From assembly GCA_051867015.1 (NCBI GenBank), contig JBJDYD010000141.1, positions 9,700 to 73,699 on the forward strand: a stretch of 64,000 bases of DNA. Direction: 5' to 3'. Below are positions 1 through 8,532 of the stretch, piece by piece. Source of the stretch: Faecousia sp. (lineage in GTDB: Bacteria > Bacillota > Clostridia > Oscillospirales > Oscillospiraceae). A program made the translations under genes and the position numbers. Each line of letters starts with the position of its first letter. Within the stretch, counting starts at the first letter, position 1. A model generated the notes under the pieces. It ran no database searches. It was not told where the DNA came from and saw nothing but the letters and a program-made list of their open reading frames with translations.

Positions 1-77
1 AACACGTCATTCTCTTTGTGAACAAAGTGCACAAGAGAAAAGCAGATAAAGCCAAAATAAGAAATATATCTACTCTG

Positions 78-314
78 TTATTTGATAATTCTCTCCGGGC
101 CGTAAGGCAATCCACAACGGTGCAGTATATGCATAACAGACCCACGAAGCTCACGCTCGGAAATGCCGAAGTGAGTGGCTGCTTCCTCCGGTGTGTGGCA
201 CGTTTCCCCTTCCAGGCCCATAACATAGGCCGTGCGGATTGCGTGCCGACAGAGCTGTTCAGCCCGTTGTTTTATATTTTCAAGTTCCTGATCGGACAAG
301 TGACGATATGGCAT
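78..314 (-). CDS. Small HTH protein, sigma-70 region-4-like (mobile-element associated, hypothetical)
   Basis: 78-aa ORF. The segment EEAATHFGISERELRGSVMHILHRCG resembles a sigma region 4.2 or LuxR-type helix-turn-helix. It sits in the mobile-element remnant. No precise family was recognised. Confidence 0.4.
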   Translation of the reverse strand: MPYRHLSDQELENIKQRAEQLCRHAIRTAYVMGLEGETCHTPEEAATHFGISERELRGSVMHILHRCGLPYGPERIIK

Positions 315-589
315 AGATGGCCTCCTTCTTTTATTTTTATTATATCATACATAGTAGATACTACTCTTGAGAAAATCAATGAAATAATTCTGAAAATCTC
401 TTAAAACTTGAAAAAGAATGTTAATTTCGAGGACAAATAATTTTTTTCGAAGGGCTTGACAAAAACAGAAGTCAAGTAATACTGATCGAGCAATAGTGTC
501 GAATATAATATTGAAAAACAGATTCACACATTCGTTTTTTCTGCTTCCTCCTGTTAATATGAAACCAACAAAACACAGGAGGTCAGGAT

Positions 590-967
590 ATGGAACGACA
601 AATTTATGACGAGCGTAATGGTTTATGGTACGAGCTGTGCGGGGGCTGTTATGTGCCTTGCTTGGAAGCACCTGAAAGCCCAAGGGTGGGCAAGTTCGGC
701 AGGCTGCGGAACACTTTTCTTCGAGAACATCAAAGTGCGATTTACACCGGGATGCTGTTTGGCGGCAAGCTGAAGCTGAACGCCCTCTTGGAGGAAACCG
801 ACCGGCAGGCAAATGAGATGCTGGATCAATTGATCAGACAGTACGCCGCAGACGAGCAGATCACCGAAGAACTGAAAGCGAATGACCAAATGGCATGGGT
901 GCAGACCATGAACAACATCCGCAACCGTGCTGAAGAGGTTGTCCTTTCCGAATTGATCTATTGCTGA
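590..967 (+). CDS. tnpV: Transposon-encoded protein TnpV
   Basis: 125 aa. GKFGRLRNTFLREHQSAIYTGMLFGGKL...TDRQANEMLDQLIRQ...ANDQMAWVQTMNNIRNRAEEVVLSELIY matches my memory of the TnpV family of Tn4451-like clostridial elements. SD AGGAGG lies 7 nt upstream of the ATG. Confidence 0.75.
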   Translation: MERQIYDERNGLWYELCGGCYVPCLEAPESPRVGKFGRLRNTFLREHQSAIYTGMLFGGKLKLNALLEETDRQANEMLDQLIRQYAADEQITEELKANDQMAWVQTMNNIRNRAEEVVLSELIYC

Positions 968-974
968 TACGACG

Positions 975-1021
975 CCCCAGCTATGAATGAAGAATCGTTC
1001 ATAGCTGGGGTATTTGTTTTT
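975..1021 (+). terminator. Rho-independent terminator after tnpV
   Basis: 13-bp perfect stem ccccagctatgaa / ttcatagctgggg (975-987 / 998-1010) followed by tatttgttttt. Confidence 0.65.
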
Positions 1022-1206
1022 CTATGGGGTTTTAGGAGGCAGTACCCCTAACAAGCGGAATCGTGGGATCGGAAATGATACCACAATTCGTTGCTTGTTA
1101 AGACAACACCGTTTTGAAGGAACGGCATCAGAAGCCCAGATCGGTCTGCGTGAATGCTTCGTAAGCCTGCCTAATACACTGGATGCGTTTATGGACACCG
1201 TTGTGA

Positions 1207-1617
1207 TTGCGATATGAACGGCTGTATGAGGACAACGTGAGCGGGAAGGTAACGGACGAGTGGTTTATGCAGCTATCCCACAAGTACGAAGTGGAACGGT
1301 TGGAACTGAAGGAGAAAATTTCGGAAACCCGGAAGCGAATCGCCTCGCTGAATACCATGCAGCAGAATAAAGACCATTTTCTCGCCGCCGTTCGGAAGTT
1401 CATGGAGATGGAGACGCTGACCCCGCCGCTGCAGGAGCAGATTGACCACATCGACGTGTACAAAACGCAGGGAACTGGGAAGCCCCGCACCCAACGAATC
1501 ACCATTTTTTACCGCTTTGTAGGCTGTATCGACATCCCCGAATCCCCGGACGATGAACTTTACACCGCCGATGCCCGCCAAGGCGTTGCTGTCAGGTACA
1601 TCCACAAATTGGCATAA
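1207..1617 (+). pseudogene. Truncated large serine recombinase, C-terminal DUF4368-like fragment only
   Basis: The 136-aa frame opens at a TTG directly after an in-frame TGA (1204-1206). ERLYEDNVSGKVTDEWFMQLSHKYEVE...IDHIDVYKTQGTGKPRTQRITIFYRFVG is the typical C-terminus of TndX/TnpX-like recombinases. No resolvase catalytic domain or zinc-ribbon part was found upstream in any frame. Confidence 0.7.
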
Positions 1618-1656
1618 AAACAGCAGGCACAAAGCCTGCAAAACCCGTATCAAGGC

Positions 1657-1697
1657 AGAAAAATAGGGTGTTCATAACAAATCCGTTATGAACACCC
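1657..1697 (-). terminator. Rho-independent terminator downstream of tRNA-Pro
   Basis: 13-bp stem gggtgttcataac / gttatgaacaccc (1666-1678 / 1685-1697). On the minus strand it is followed by ctatttttc. Confidence 0.6.
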
Positions 1698-1701
1698 GAA
1701 A

Positions 1702-1778
1702 TGGTCCGGGCGACAGGATTCGAACCTGCGGCATCTAGCTCCCAAAGCTAGCGCTCTACCAAACTGAGCTACGCCCGG
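1702..1778 (-). tRNA. tRNA-Pro (anticodon UGG), CCA encoded
   Basis: Reverse complement CGGGCGTAGCTCAGTTTGGTAGAGCGCTAGCTTTGGGAGCTAGATGCCGCAGGTTCGAATCCTGTCGCCCGGACCA folds as a cloverleaf. It has a 7-bp acceptor stem, a GCTC/GAGC D stem, a CTAGC/GCTAG anticodon stem with loop TT-TGG-GA, and a TTCGAAT T-loop. Confidence 0.9.
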
Positions 1779-1974
1779 ATTTTTTTGGAAGCTTTTTCGA
1801 TTGCCTTAATACTATACACGATGCGAAGGAGAATTGCAAGCAAAATGTTTGTCTTCCGCTCCATGTTTGCAAAACTGCTGCTTTACTTTTCCGAAAAAAG
1901 CGTTACAATAAAGATAGACTCGACATATGCAAAAACAGCATTTTCCCTACAGACACAGAAGGAGGAGATTTCGT

Positions 1975-3255
1975 TTGGCACTGACTACTACGAAAGAATA
2001 TCGCAATCAGGTCATGTATAGCATCTATGTCCGCAACTACAGCGCTGAGGGAACCTTTGAGGCTGTCCGCCGCGACCTTCCGCGTATCCGTAAATTGGGC
2101 GTAGATATCGTCTGGCTGATGCCCATTCATCCCTGCGGCGTGAAATGCCGCAAAGGCACGCTCGGCAGTCCCTATGCCATCTCCGATTATCGCGCCGTGA
2201 ATCCCGAATTCGGCACGATGGAGGACTTCAAGCGCTTAGTGGACGCGATTCATGCGGAGGGCATGAAATGCATTATTGATGTAGTGTACAATCACACCTC
2301 GCCGGACTCCGTTTTGGCGCAGGAGCATCCTGAGTGGTTCTACCGTAAAGCAAACGGTGAACCGGGCAATCGCATCGGCGACTGGTCCGATGTGATTGAT
2401 CTTGATTACGCCAATCGCGCGCTGTGGGATTATCAAATTGAAACGCTGAAGCAATGGGCCTCCATTGTCGATGGCTTCCGCTGCGACGTTGCGCCGTTGG
2501 TGCCTTTGGCATTTTGGCAGGAAGCCCGCAGTGCAGTCAGCGCGGTTCGCCCGGATTGCATTTGGCTGAGCGAGTCCGTCGAGCCCTGCTTTATCACCGG
2601 AACGCGGGCAGAGGGTATCCCTTCTCTCTCGGATTCCGAAATCTATCAGGCGTTTGACATCTGCTATGACTACGACATTTTCTTTGATTTCCTCGGTTAT
2701 CTCAAGGGAGAAATCCCGCTTTCGCAATACGCCGACGCCGTCAATCGGCAGGAGTATATTTATCCCGACAACTATGTCAAGCTGCGTTTCTTGGAAAACC
2801 ACGACAATAACCGCGCGAAGCAGTTGATCCCGGACGAGCGCTCGCTGCGCAACCATACCGCTTTCCTATATTTCCAAAAGGGTATGTCGCTGCTCTATGC
2901 CGGTCAGGAGGTCGAGGCAACGCATACGCCGAGTCTGTTTGACAAGGACACCGTGCGTTGGGACACCGGACATGACCTGACGCCGCTCCTGCATCGCCTG
3001 TATGAGATTAAGAAGCATCCCCTTTTTACGGACAGCAGTTACCGAGTGCAGGCGTTACCGCGTGACATTATGCTGGCAACGCATCATAAGCAGGGAAAGC
3101 AGCTTGTCGGCGTGTTCAGCCTCCGCGGCGAAGCGGGGCTCCTTTCCGTATCGCTTCCTGACGGACAATACCGAGATCTTCTCGGCGGCGGCATTGTCGA
3201 GATTCGCGCAGGTCGTTTCGGATGCAGCGGTGAACCGGTCATTTTCGAAGTTTAA
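1975..3255 (+). CDS. GH13 alpha-amylase-family glycoside hydrolase (no signal peptide, likely cytoplasmic)
   Basis: GH13 conserved regions are present: DVVYNHTS, GFRCDVA, WLSE and FLENHD. The start was re-picked to TTG 1975, 7 nt after SD GGAGGAG (1961-1967). The track ATG at 1927 has no RBS. Confidence 0.85.
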   Translation: MALTTTKEYRNQVMYSIYVRNYSAEGTFEAVRRDLPRIRKLGVDIVWLMPIHPCGVKCRKGTLGSPYAISDYRAVNPEFGTMEDFKRLVDAIHAEGMKCIIDVVYNHTSPDSVLAQEHPEWFYRKANGEPGNRIGDWSDVIDLDYANRALWDYQIETLKQWASIVDGFRCDVAPLVPLAFWQEARSAVSAVRPDCIWLSESVEPCFITGTRAEGIPSLSDSEIYQAFDICYDYDIFFDFLGYLKGEIPLSQYADAVNRQEYIYPDNYVKLRFLENHDNNRAKQLIPDERSLRNHTAFLYFQKGMSLLYAGQEVEATHTPSLFDKDTVRWDTGHDLTPLLHRLYEIKKHPLFTDSSYRVQALPRDIMLATHHKQGKQLVGVFSLRGEAGLLSVSLPDGQYRDLLGGGIVEIRAGRFGCSGEPVIFEV

Positions 3256-3259
3256 GCTC

Positions 3260-3298
3260 CCGGCATATCGCAAATTTTGCGATATGCCGGATTTTTTT
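3260..3298 (+). terminator. Rho-independent terminator after the amylase gene
   Basis: 14-bp stem ccggcatatcgcaa / ttgcgatatgccgg followed by attttttt. Confidence 0.75.
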
Positions 3299-3373
3299 CG
3301 TCAGTCTGCTTTACGAAGCCGCTTTCTTTTGCTATAATGCATCAAAAAGCAAAAAATAACGAGGTCATATCAT

Positions 3374-4030
3374 ATGAGAATGAGAAAACGCAACAATTTG
3401 GAACCGCGCATGGAAGCCTGTTCGTCCATCTGGCTGCGCGACGCGAAATGCCTGCGCGGAAACTGGCGTTCTCTGATGCCGGAAGCGCGGGAGATTCGTT
3501 TGGAGGTCGGCTGCGGCAAAGGAAAATTCACCGTCGAAACCGCCGCCGCAGAGCCGGACGTCTTATTGATCGCCGTCGAGCGTGTCAATGAGGCAATGCT
3601 GCTCGGCATGGAACGGGCGCTGGAAATGGGCTTAAAAAACGTCTATTTCCTCTCACTGGACGCGGCGGAGCTTGAGGAATACTTTTCTGACGGTGAGGTC
3701 GATCTGATCTACTTAAATTTCTGCGACCCTTGGCCGCGGAAAAAGAATGCAAAACGCCGACTTACCTTCCGCACCTTTTTGGAAAAATATAAAAAGATTC
3801 TGCGCAAGGACGGCGAGATTCACTTCAAAACAGATAATGCCGCACTGTTTGAGTGGTCCCTCGGCGAGTTTGAAGCCTGCGGGTTAGAAATTCGCAATTT
3901 GACCCGAAATCTACATGAAAACGGGCCTGTCGGGATCATGACAGGCTATGAAGAAAAATTCTATCAGCTTGGCACACCCATCAACCGCTGTGAGCTGATC
4001 AATCGGGAGGTCAAAAATGGAGAAAATTAA
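3374..4030 (+). CDS. trmB: tRNA (guanine-N7)-methyltransferase
   Basis: 218 aa. It has the SAM-binding motif LEVGCGKGKF and the TrmB signature YLNFCDPWPRKK. A TGcTATAAT extended -10 lies at 3330-3338 upstream. Confidence 0.9.
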   Translation: MRMRKRNNLEPRMEACSSIWLRDAKCLRGNWRSLMPEAREIRLEVGCGKGKFTVETAAAEPDVLLIAVERVNEAMLLGMERALEMGLKNVYFLSLDAAELEEYFSDGEVDLIYLNFCDPWPRKKNAKRRLTFRTFLEKYKKILRKDGEIHFKTDNAALFEWSLGEFEACGLEIRNLTRNLHENGPVGIMTGYEEKFYQLGTPINRCELINREVKNGEN

Positions 4031-5219
4031 AATGACGACGCCGCTCGTCGAGATGGACGGCGACGAAATGACGCGCATTCTCTGGAAACAGATCAAAGAC
4101 GAGCTTCTTCTTCCTTATGTGGAATTGAAAACCGAGTACTATGATCTCGGTCTGCCGGAACGCGACCGAACCCGCGACGCAGTTACGCACGAGGCCGCAA
4201 ATGCCATTAAAAAATACGGCGTGGGCGTCAAATGCGCCACGATCACGCCAAACACGCAGCGCATGAGCGAATACAACCTGCACGAGATGTGGAAAAGCCC
4301 GAACGGAACCATCCGCGCAATCCTCGACGGTACGGTATTCCGCGCACCGATCCTTGTCCAAGGCATTCGTCCCGTGGTAAAGAATTGGAAAAAGCCGATC
4401 ACCATTGCACGTCACGCCTACGGAGATGTCTATAAGGCAACCGAGCTGCGTGTTCCGCAGGGCAAGGCGGAGCTGGTCTTTACGGACACGAATGGAAAAG
4501 AAACGCGCAAGACCATCTATGATTTTGAATGCGGCGGCGTTCTGACGGGACAATACAACAAGGACTCCTCCATCGCTTCCTTTGCCCGTTCCTGCTTCAA
4601 CTACGCCCTTACAACGAAACAGGATCTATGGTTCTCCGCAAAGGACACCATCGCCAAAATTTACGACGGCACCTTCAAGCAGATTTTTGCGGAGATTTTT
4701 GAGGCGGAATATCGGGAAGCCTTTGAAAAAGCCGGCATTACCTATTTCTACACCCTCATTGATGATGCTGTCGCCCGTGTGATTCGCAGCGAGGGCGGCT
4801 TTATCTGGGCGTGCAAAAATTACGACGGCGATGTGATGAGCGATATGATCTCGACCGCCTTTGGCAGCCTTGCCATGATGACCTCCGTGTTGGTCTCCCC
4901 GGACGGGAACTATGAATATGAAGCGGCACACGGCACGGTGACAAAGCATTATTACCGCTATCTCGCGGGCGAAGAGACCTCCACCAATCCGATGGCTACC
5001 ATTTTTGCATGGACAGGCGCACTTGCCAAACGGGGCGAGCTGGACGGCAACGAAGCGTTGGTTTCTTTCGCACAAAAGCTGGAGCGCGCCTCTGTCGCCG
5101 TGATCGGGAGCGGCACCATGACCAAGGATCTTGCAACCCTTTGGGAGGGCGATACGCCGAATGTCGTCACGAGCGCAGGCTTCATCTCCGCAATCCGCGC
5201 AAGATTGACGCAGGAATAA
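4017..5219 (+). CDS. icd: NADP-dependent isocitrate dehydrogenase (about 400-aa eukaryote-like subfamily)
   Basis: The N-terminus PLVEMDGDEMTRILWKQIKDELLLPYV and KCATITPN are hallmark IDH1/2-type motifs. SD GGGAGG is upstream. The gene overlaps the trmB end by 14 nt. Confidence 0.9.
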   Translation: MEKIKMTTPLVEMDGDEMTRILWKQIKDELLLPYVELKTEYYDLGLPERDRTRDAVTHEAANAIKKYGVGVKCATITPNTQRMSEYNLHEMWKSPNGTIRAILDGTVFRAPILVQGIRPVVKNWKKPITIARHAYGDVYKATELRVPQGKAELVFTDTNGKETRKTIYDFECGGVLTGQYNKDSSIASFARSCFNYALTTKQDLWFSAKDTIAKIYDGTFKQIFAEIFEAEYREAFEKAGITYFYTLIDDAVARVIRSEGGFIWACKNYDGDVMSDMISTAFGSLAMMTSVLVSPDGNYEYEAAHGTVTKHYYRYLAGEETSTNPMATIFAWTGALAKRGELDGNEALVSFAQKLERASVAVIGSGTMTKDLATLWEGDTPNVVTSAGFISAIRARLTQE

Positions 5220-5397
5220 TTTCCGATAAAAGCCATGTATGATAACACGCTTCTGCGGGTATCCTGTGCAATAGCAAACGGTGACGAAATCATGCCGCGT
5301 CATCCTTTGCAGCACAGCTCGCAGAGGCGTGTTCTCGCGTGATTTTACTTGTATTTTCCAAAAAATCAATATTTCTCGTATTTTTTGCAAAAAACTA

Positions 5398-5426
5398 TTG
5401 CATCGAGTGAAATTGCACGCTATAAT
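5398..5426 (+). promoter_or_regulatory. Candidate sigma-A promoter of rpoD
   Basis: TTGCAT (5398-5403), 17-nt spacer, TATAAT (5421-5426), about 45 nt upstream of the start codon. Confidence 0.5.
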
Positions 5427-5471
5427 GAATTAGATACGCCCGAAAATACCAAAGTTACAAGGAAGTGCTTT

Positions 5472-6614
5472 ATGGCTACCTCGAATAGAAGCGGAAAAAA
5501 CAATGAGGAACTGATGACACCTCTGACCGCCCTGATTAACAAGGGTCGTCGCGACGGTGTCTTATCGGCATCCGAAGTTCTTGCCGCACTGGAAAAGTTG
5601 GATCTTTCCGTTGAAAAGATCGAGCAGGTCTATGATACTTTTGAATCCATGGGAATCCAAATTCTCAGTTCCGAGCCGGGTTCTGAGGAGGGCATGCAGG
5701 AGCTCATTGAGGACATTGATCTCGGTCCTGAGTCGATTGACGAGGAAGAACCTCTCGTTGATCCCGTTGAGCTTGCCGCTGAGTACAATCTTGATGACCC
5801 TGTAAGAATGTACCTCAAGGAGATCGGTCAGATTCCTCTGCTCAGCGCGGAAGAGGAGCAGGCGTTGGCAAAACGCGTTGTGGACGGAGACCAAACCGCA
5901 AAAAATCAACTCACTGAGGCAAATCTTCGTTTGGTGGTTTCTATTGCAAAGAAGTATTCCGGCCGCGGTCTTCATATCCTCGACCTGATTCAGGAGGGCA
6001 ATACCGGTCTGATCCGCGCAGTCGACAAATTCGACTATACAAAGGGAAACAAATTCTCTACATATGCGACATGGTGGATTCGGCAGGCGATCACCCGCGC
6101 CATTGCCGACCAAGCGCGGACAATCCGCGTGCCTGTGCATATGGTAGAGGTCATCAACAAAGCAACGCGCTGCAACCGCAAGCTGGTGCAGGAGCTTGGC
6201 AGAGAGCCGACACTTGAGGAGATTGCAGAGGAACTGAATCTCCCCATAGAGAAAATCATCGAAGCAAATCGTACCGCTGCCGATACGCTTTCACTCGACA
6301 CCCCCGTTGGTGACGAGGAGGATACGACCATCGGCTCTTTTGTCGAAGACGACAATACGCCCGGTCCGGCGGACGCTACCAGCAATGCACTGCTGGCGGA
6401 AGCCTTGAGCGATATTCTCTCCACACTGACCGAACGCGAGGCAGATGTCCTGCGTCTGCGTTTCGGCATGTATGACGGCAAAACGCACACACTGGAGGAA
6501 GTCGGTCAAATTTTCGGCGTGACGCGTGAACGCATTCGTCAAATCGAAAACAAAGCGATCCGCAAGCTGCGCCATCCGAGCCGAGCAAAGAAGATCCGTG
6601 ATTTCTATTGCTGA
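5472..6614 (+). CDS. rpoD: Primary RNA polymerase sigma factor (SigA/RpoD)
   Basis: Region 2 ([27 protein letters not shown]) and region 4 ([28 protein letters not shown]) are present. The start was re-picked to ATG 5472 after SD AAGGAAG. Confidence 0.92.
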   Translation: MATSNRSGKNNEELMTPLTALINKGRRDGVLSASEVLAALEKLDLSVEKIEQVYDTFESMGIQILSSEPGSEEGMQELIEDIDLGPESIDEEEPLVDPVELAAEYNLDDPVRMYLKEIGQIPLLSAEEEQALAKRVVDGDQTAKNQLTEANLRLVVSIAKKYSGRGLHILDLIQEGNTGLIRAVDKFDYTKGNKFSTYATWWIRQAITRAIADQARTIRVPVHMVEVINKATRCNRKLVQELGREPTLEEIAEELNLPIEKIIEANRTAADTLSLDTPVGDEEDTTIGSFVEDDNTPGPADATSNALLAEALSDILSTLTEREADVLRLRFGMYDGKTHTLEEVGQIFGVTRERIRQIENKAIRKLRHPSRAKKIRDFYC

Positions 6615-6678
6615 AAGCCGCACCGCACTGTTGCGCGCTCATCCCGGCACTCTGCTTTTCGATACCGTGAACGGAGAT

Positions 6679-6738
6679 AAGCCTCTCCCCAAAGCCGCTG
6701 AAATATGCAGCAGCTTTGGGAAGAGGCTTTTATTCTTT
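6679..6738. terminator. Hairpin terminator between convergent rpoD and the Rrf2 gene
   Basis: 17-bp stem with one mismatch, aagcctctccccaaagc / gctttgggaagaggctt, followed by ttattcttt. Confidence 0.6.
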
Positions 6739-6770
6739 GCATTCCAATGCGGTCAAAAACTACTCTATCA

Positions 6771-7202
6771 TTAAATGATATAGTCATTTCCCTCCGCTTC
6801 TCGCTGCATCAGATCGGCAATTGTAATATTGTCGAGATAATCATTGATAACCTGTTGCAGACCCTTCCATAACGGCAGCGTTCGGCAGGAAGTCACATGG
6901 GGACAAGCATCGGCATTCGGCTCTAAGCAGGATACCGGCGACAGAGATTCCTCTGTAAGGCGCAAAACGCTGCCCACGGTATACTGCTCGGGAGCCTTTG
7001 TCAATTTATATCCTCCGCCCTTCCCGCGAAGTCCGACCAGCATTTTGTCCTTGACCAGCAGCTTAATGATGCTTTCCAGATACTTTTCGGACATTTCCTG
7101 CCGCTCGGCAATCTCCTTCAGCGGAATGTAACCGCCGGATTGATGCTCTGCAAGATCAATCATCACGCGAAGCGAATAGCGCCCTTTGGTAGAAATCAGC
7201 AT
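6771..7202 (-). CDS. Rrf2-family transcriptional regulator (CymR/IscR-like) with three clustered Cys
   Basis: MLISTKGRYSLRVMIDLAEH...IPLKEIAERQEMSEKYLESIIKLL is the canonical Rrf2 wHTH. A C92-x7-C100-x5-C106 cluster is present. The gene is divergent from cysK. The start at 7202 follows GAGGGG. Confidence 0.85.
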   Translation of the reverse strand: MLISTKGRYSLRVMIDLAEHQSGGYIPLKEIAERQEMSEKYLESIIKLLVKDKMLVGLRGKGGGYKLTKAPEQYTVGSVLRLTEESLSPVSCLEPNADACPHVTSCRTLPLWKGLQQVINDYLDNITIADLMQREAEGNDYII

Positions 7203-7286
7203 AGAATCCCCTCTCATTCCGATTTTATAAACCCATTATACAACAACGTATATAGGAAAATCAATCAATTTTTTCTAATTTTCCTA

Positions 7287-7315
7287 TTGACAAATCCCTC
7301 CTCGCATCGTATAAT
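7287..7315 (+). promoter_or_regulatory. Consensus sigma-A promoter of cysK
   Basis: TTGACA (7287-7292), 17-nt spacer, TATAAT (7310-7315), leaving a leader of about 130 nt. Confidence 0.65.
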
Positions 7316-7448
7316 CACATTAACCTACTTGAAAGGTTGGTATTATGATGAAAAGATATCACGCCTACCTCCGATGTTGTCGATGTTGCCATTGCTTCAA
7401 TACTCTGTAATCAACCAAACACATCAAATCATTTAGGAGGAAATCACC

Positions 7449-8381
7449 ATGAGTAAAATCTATACATCCGCTGACCAATTGATCGGAAAGACACCGCTGC
7501 TGGAGCTGGTTCACATCGAAAAGGAAGAAGGACTGCAAGCCCGTATTTTGGGCAAGCTGGAATATTTCAACCCCGCAGGCTCCGTCAAGGATCGCATTGC
7601 CAAAGCCATGATCGACGACGCGGAAAGCAAAGGACTCCTCAAGCCCGGCTCCGTCATCATTGAGCCGACCTCCGGCAACACCGGCATCGGTTTGGCTTCC
7701 GTCGCGGCAGCAAGAGGCTACCGTATTATCATCGTCATGCCCGAAACCATGAGCGTTGAACGCCGCCAGCTCATGAAGGCATACGGCGCGGAGCTGGTGC
7801 TCACAGAGGGCGCCAAGGGTATGAAGGGCGCTATCGCCAAGGCGGACGAACTGGCAAAAGAGATTCCCAACAGCTTTATTCCGGGGCAGTTTGTCAATCC
7901 TGCCAACCCTGCCGTACACAGAGCTACCACCGGTCCGGAAATTTGGGAGGATACGGAAGGCGGCGTTGACATCTTTGTTGCTGGTGTCGGCACAGGCGGC
8001 ACCGTGACCGGTGTCGGCGAGTATTTGAAGAGCCAAAACCCGAAGGTGAAGGTCGTCGCTGTAGAACCGGCGTCCTCTCCCGTTTTGAGCAAGGGTACGC
8101 CAGGCGCACACAAGATTCAAGGCATCGGCGCAGGCTTTGTTCCCGCCGTGCTGGACACCAATGTCTATGATGAGATCATCACGGTCGAAAACGACGCCGC
8201 TTTTGCGACCGGTAAGAGAATCGGAAAAGCGGAAGGTGTCCTTGTCGGCATCTCCTCCGGCGCTGCGGTATGGGCTGCCATTGAGCTGGCAAAGCGTCCG
8301 GAGAATCAGGGAAAGACCATCGTCGCCCTCCTCCCCGACACCGGCGACCGCTATCTCTCCACTCCCCTCTTTGCAGATTGA
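7449..8381 (+). CDS. cysK: Cysteine synthase A (O-acetylserine sulfhydrylase)
   Basis: 310 aa. It has the PLP lysine context [21 protein letters not shown] and GTGGT motifs. SD AGGAGG is upstream. Confidence 0.93.
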   Translation: MSKIYTSADQLIGKTPLLELVHIEKEEGLQARILGKLEYFNPAGSVKDRIAKAMIDDAESKGLLKPGSVIIEPTSGNTGIGLASVAAARGYRIIIVMPETMSVERRQLMKAYGAELVLTEGAKGMKGAIAKADELAKEIPNSFIPGQFVNPANPAVHRATTGPEIWEDTEGGVDIFVAGVGTGGTVTGVGEYLKSQNPKVKVVAVEPASSPVLSKGTPGAHKIQGIGAGFVPAVLDTNVYDEIITVENDAAFATGKRIGKAEGVLVGISSGAAVWAAIELAKRPENQGKTIVALLPDTGDRYLSTPLFAD

Positions 8382-8416
8382 TTTTTTCACAACCCGCTCA
8401 TTTTTCCAAAAAGACT

Positions 8417-8452
8417 CGGAGCCTGCCGATGCGGCAGGCTCCGAATTTTATT
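8417..8452. terminator. Bidirectional terminator between cysK and the lipoprotein gene
   Basis: 11-bp GC-rich stem cggagcctgcc / ggcaggctccg, with aattttatt on the plus strand and a T-run (gtctttttgg) on the minus strand. Confidence 0.7.
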
Positions 8453-8532
8453 CGTACGGATCGTGAAAAAAGATTGCATAGCCGTTCATGGACGAAGGCA
8501 TAGCATCGGACGGATATCTCCTTTGGAGTTTT

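Larger units (their letters stand above)
1..1660. mobile_element. Edge or remnant of an integrative mobile element (tnpV plus truncated large serine recombinase) ending next to tRNA-Pro
   Basis: Contains a TnpV-family gene and only the C-terminal (DUF4368-like) part of a TndX/TnpX-type serine recombinase. The stretch is A+T-rich by eye compared with the flanking core genes and lies immediately beside a tRNA gene. The left boundary lies outside the window. Confidence 0.5.

Noticed and set aside
18-812. ORFs 18-404 (+) and 345-812 (-) in the mobile-element remnant
   Set aside because: They overlap better-supported genes (78-314 and tnpV) or A+T-rich intergenic DNA. They have no RBS or recognisable motifs.
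1014-1217. 67-aa ORF just upstream of the recombinase fragment, considered as a further piece of the recombinase
   Set aside because: I could not match its translation to the zinc-ribbon or coiled-coil parts of large serine recombinases, so it is left unannotated.
1880-1912. cre-like sequence (aaaaagcgttaca) upstream of the GH13 gene
   Set aside because: The left half-site does not match TGWAA (two mismatches at the invariant TG), which is too weak to call.
7316-7448. The cysK 5' leader, considered as a T-box or S-box riboswitch
   Set aside because: It is only about 130 nt long. It has no GGTGGTACCGCG-type T-box sequence, no terminator/antiterminator pair and no SAM-riboswitch core motifs.
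7365-8390. 341-aa ORF on the minus strand
   Set aside because: It is the mirror frame of cysK, which has clear PLP-enzyme motifs and a consensus promoter and SD. It is a shadow ORF.
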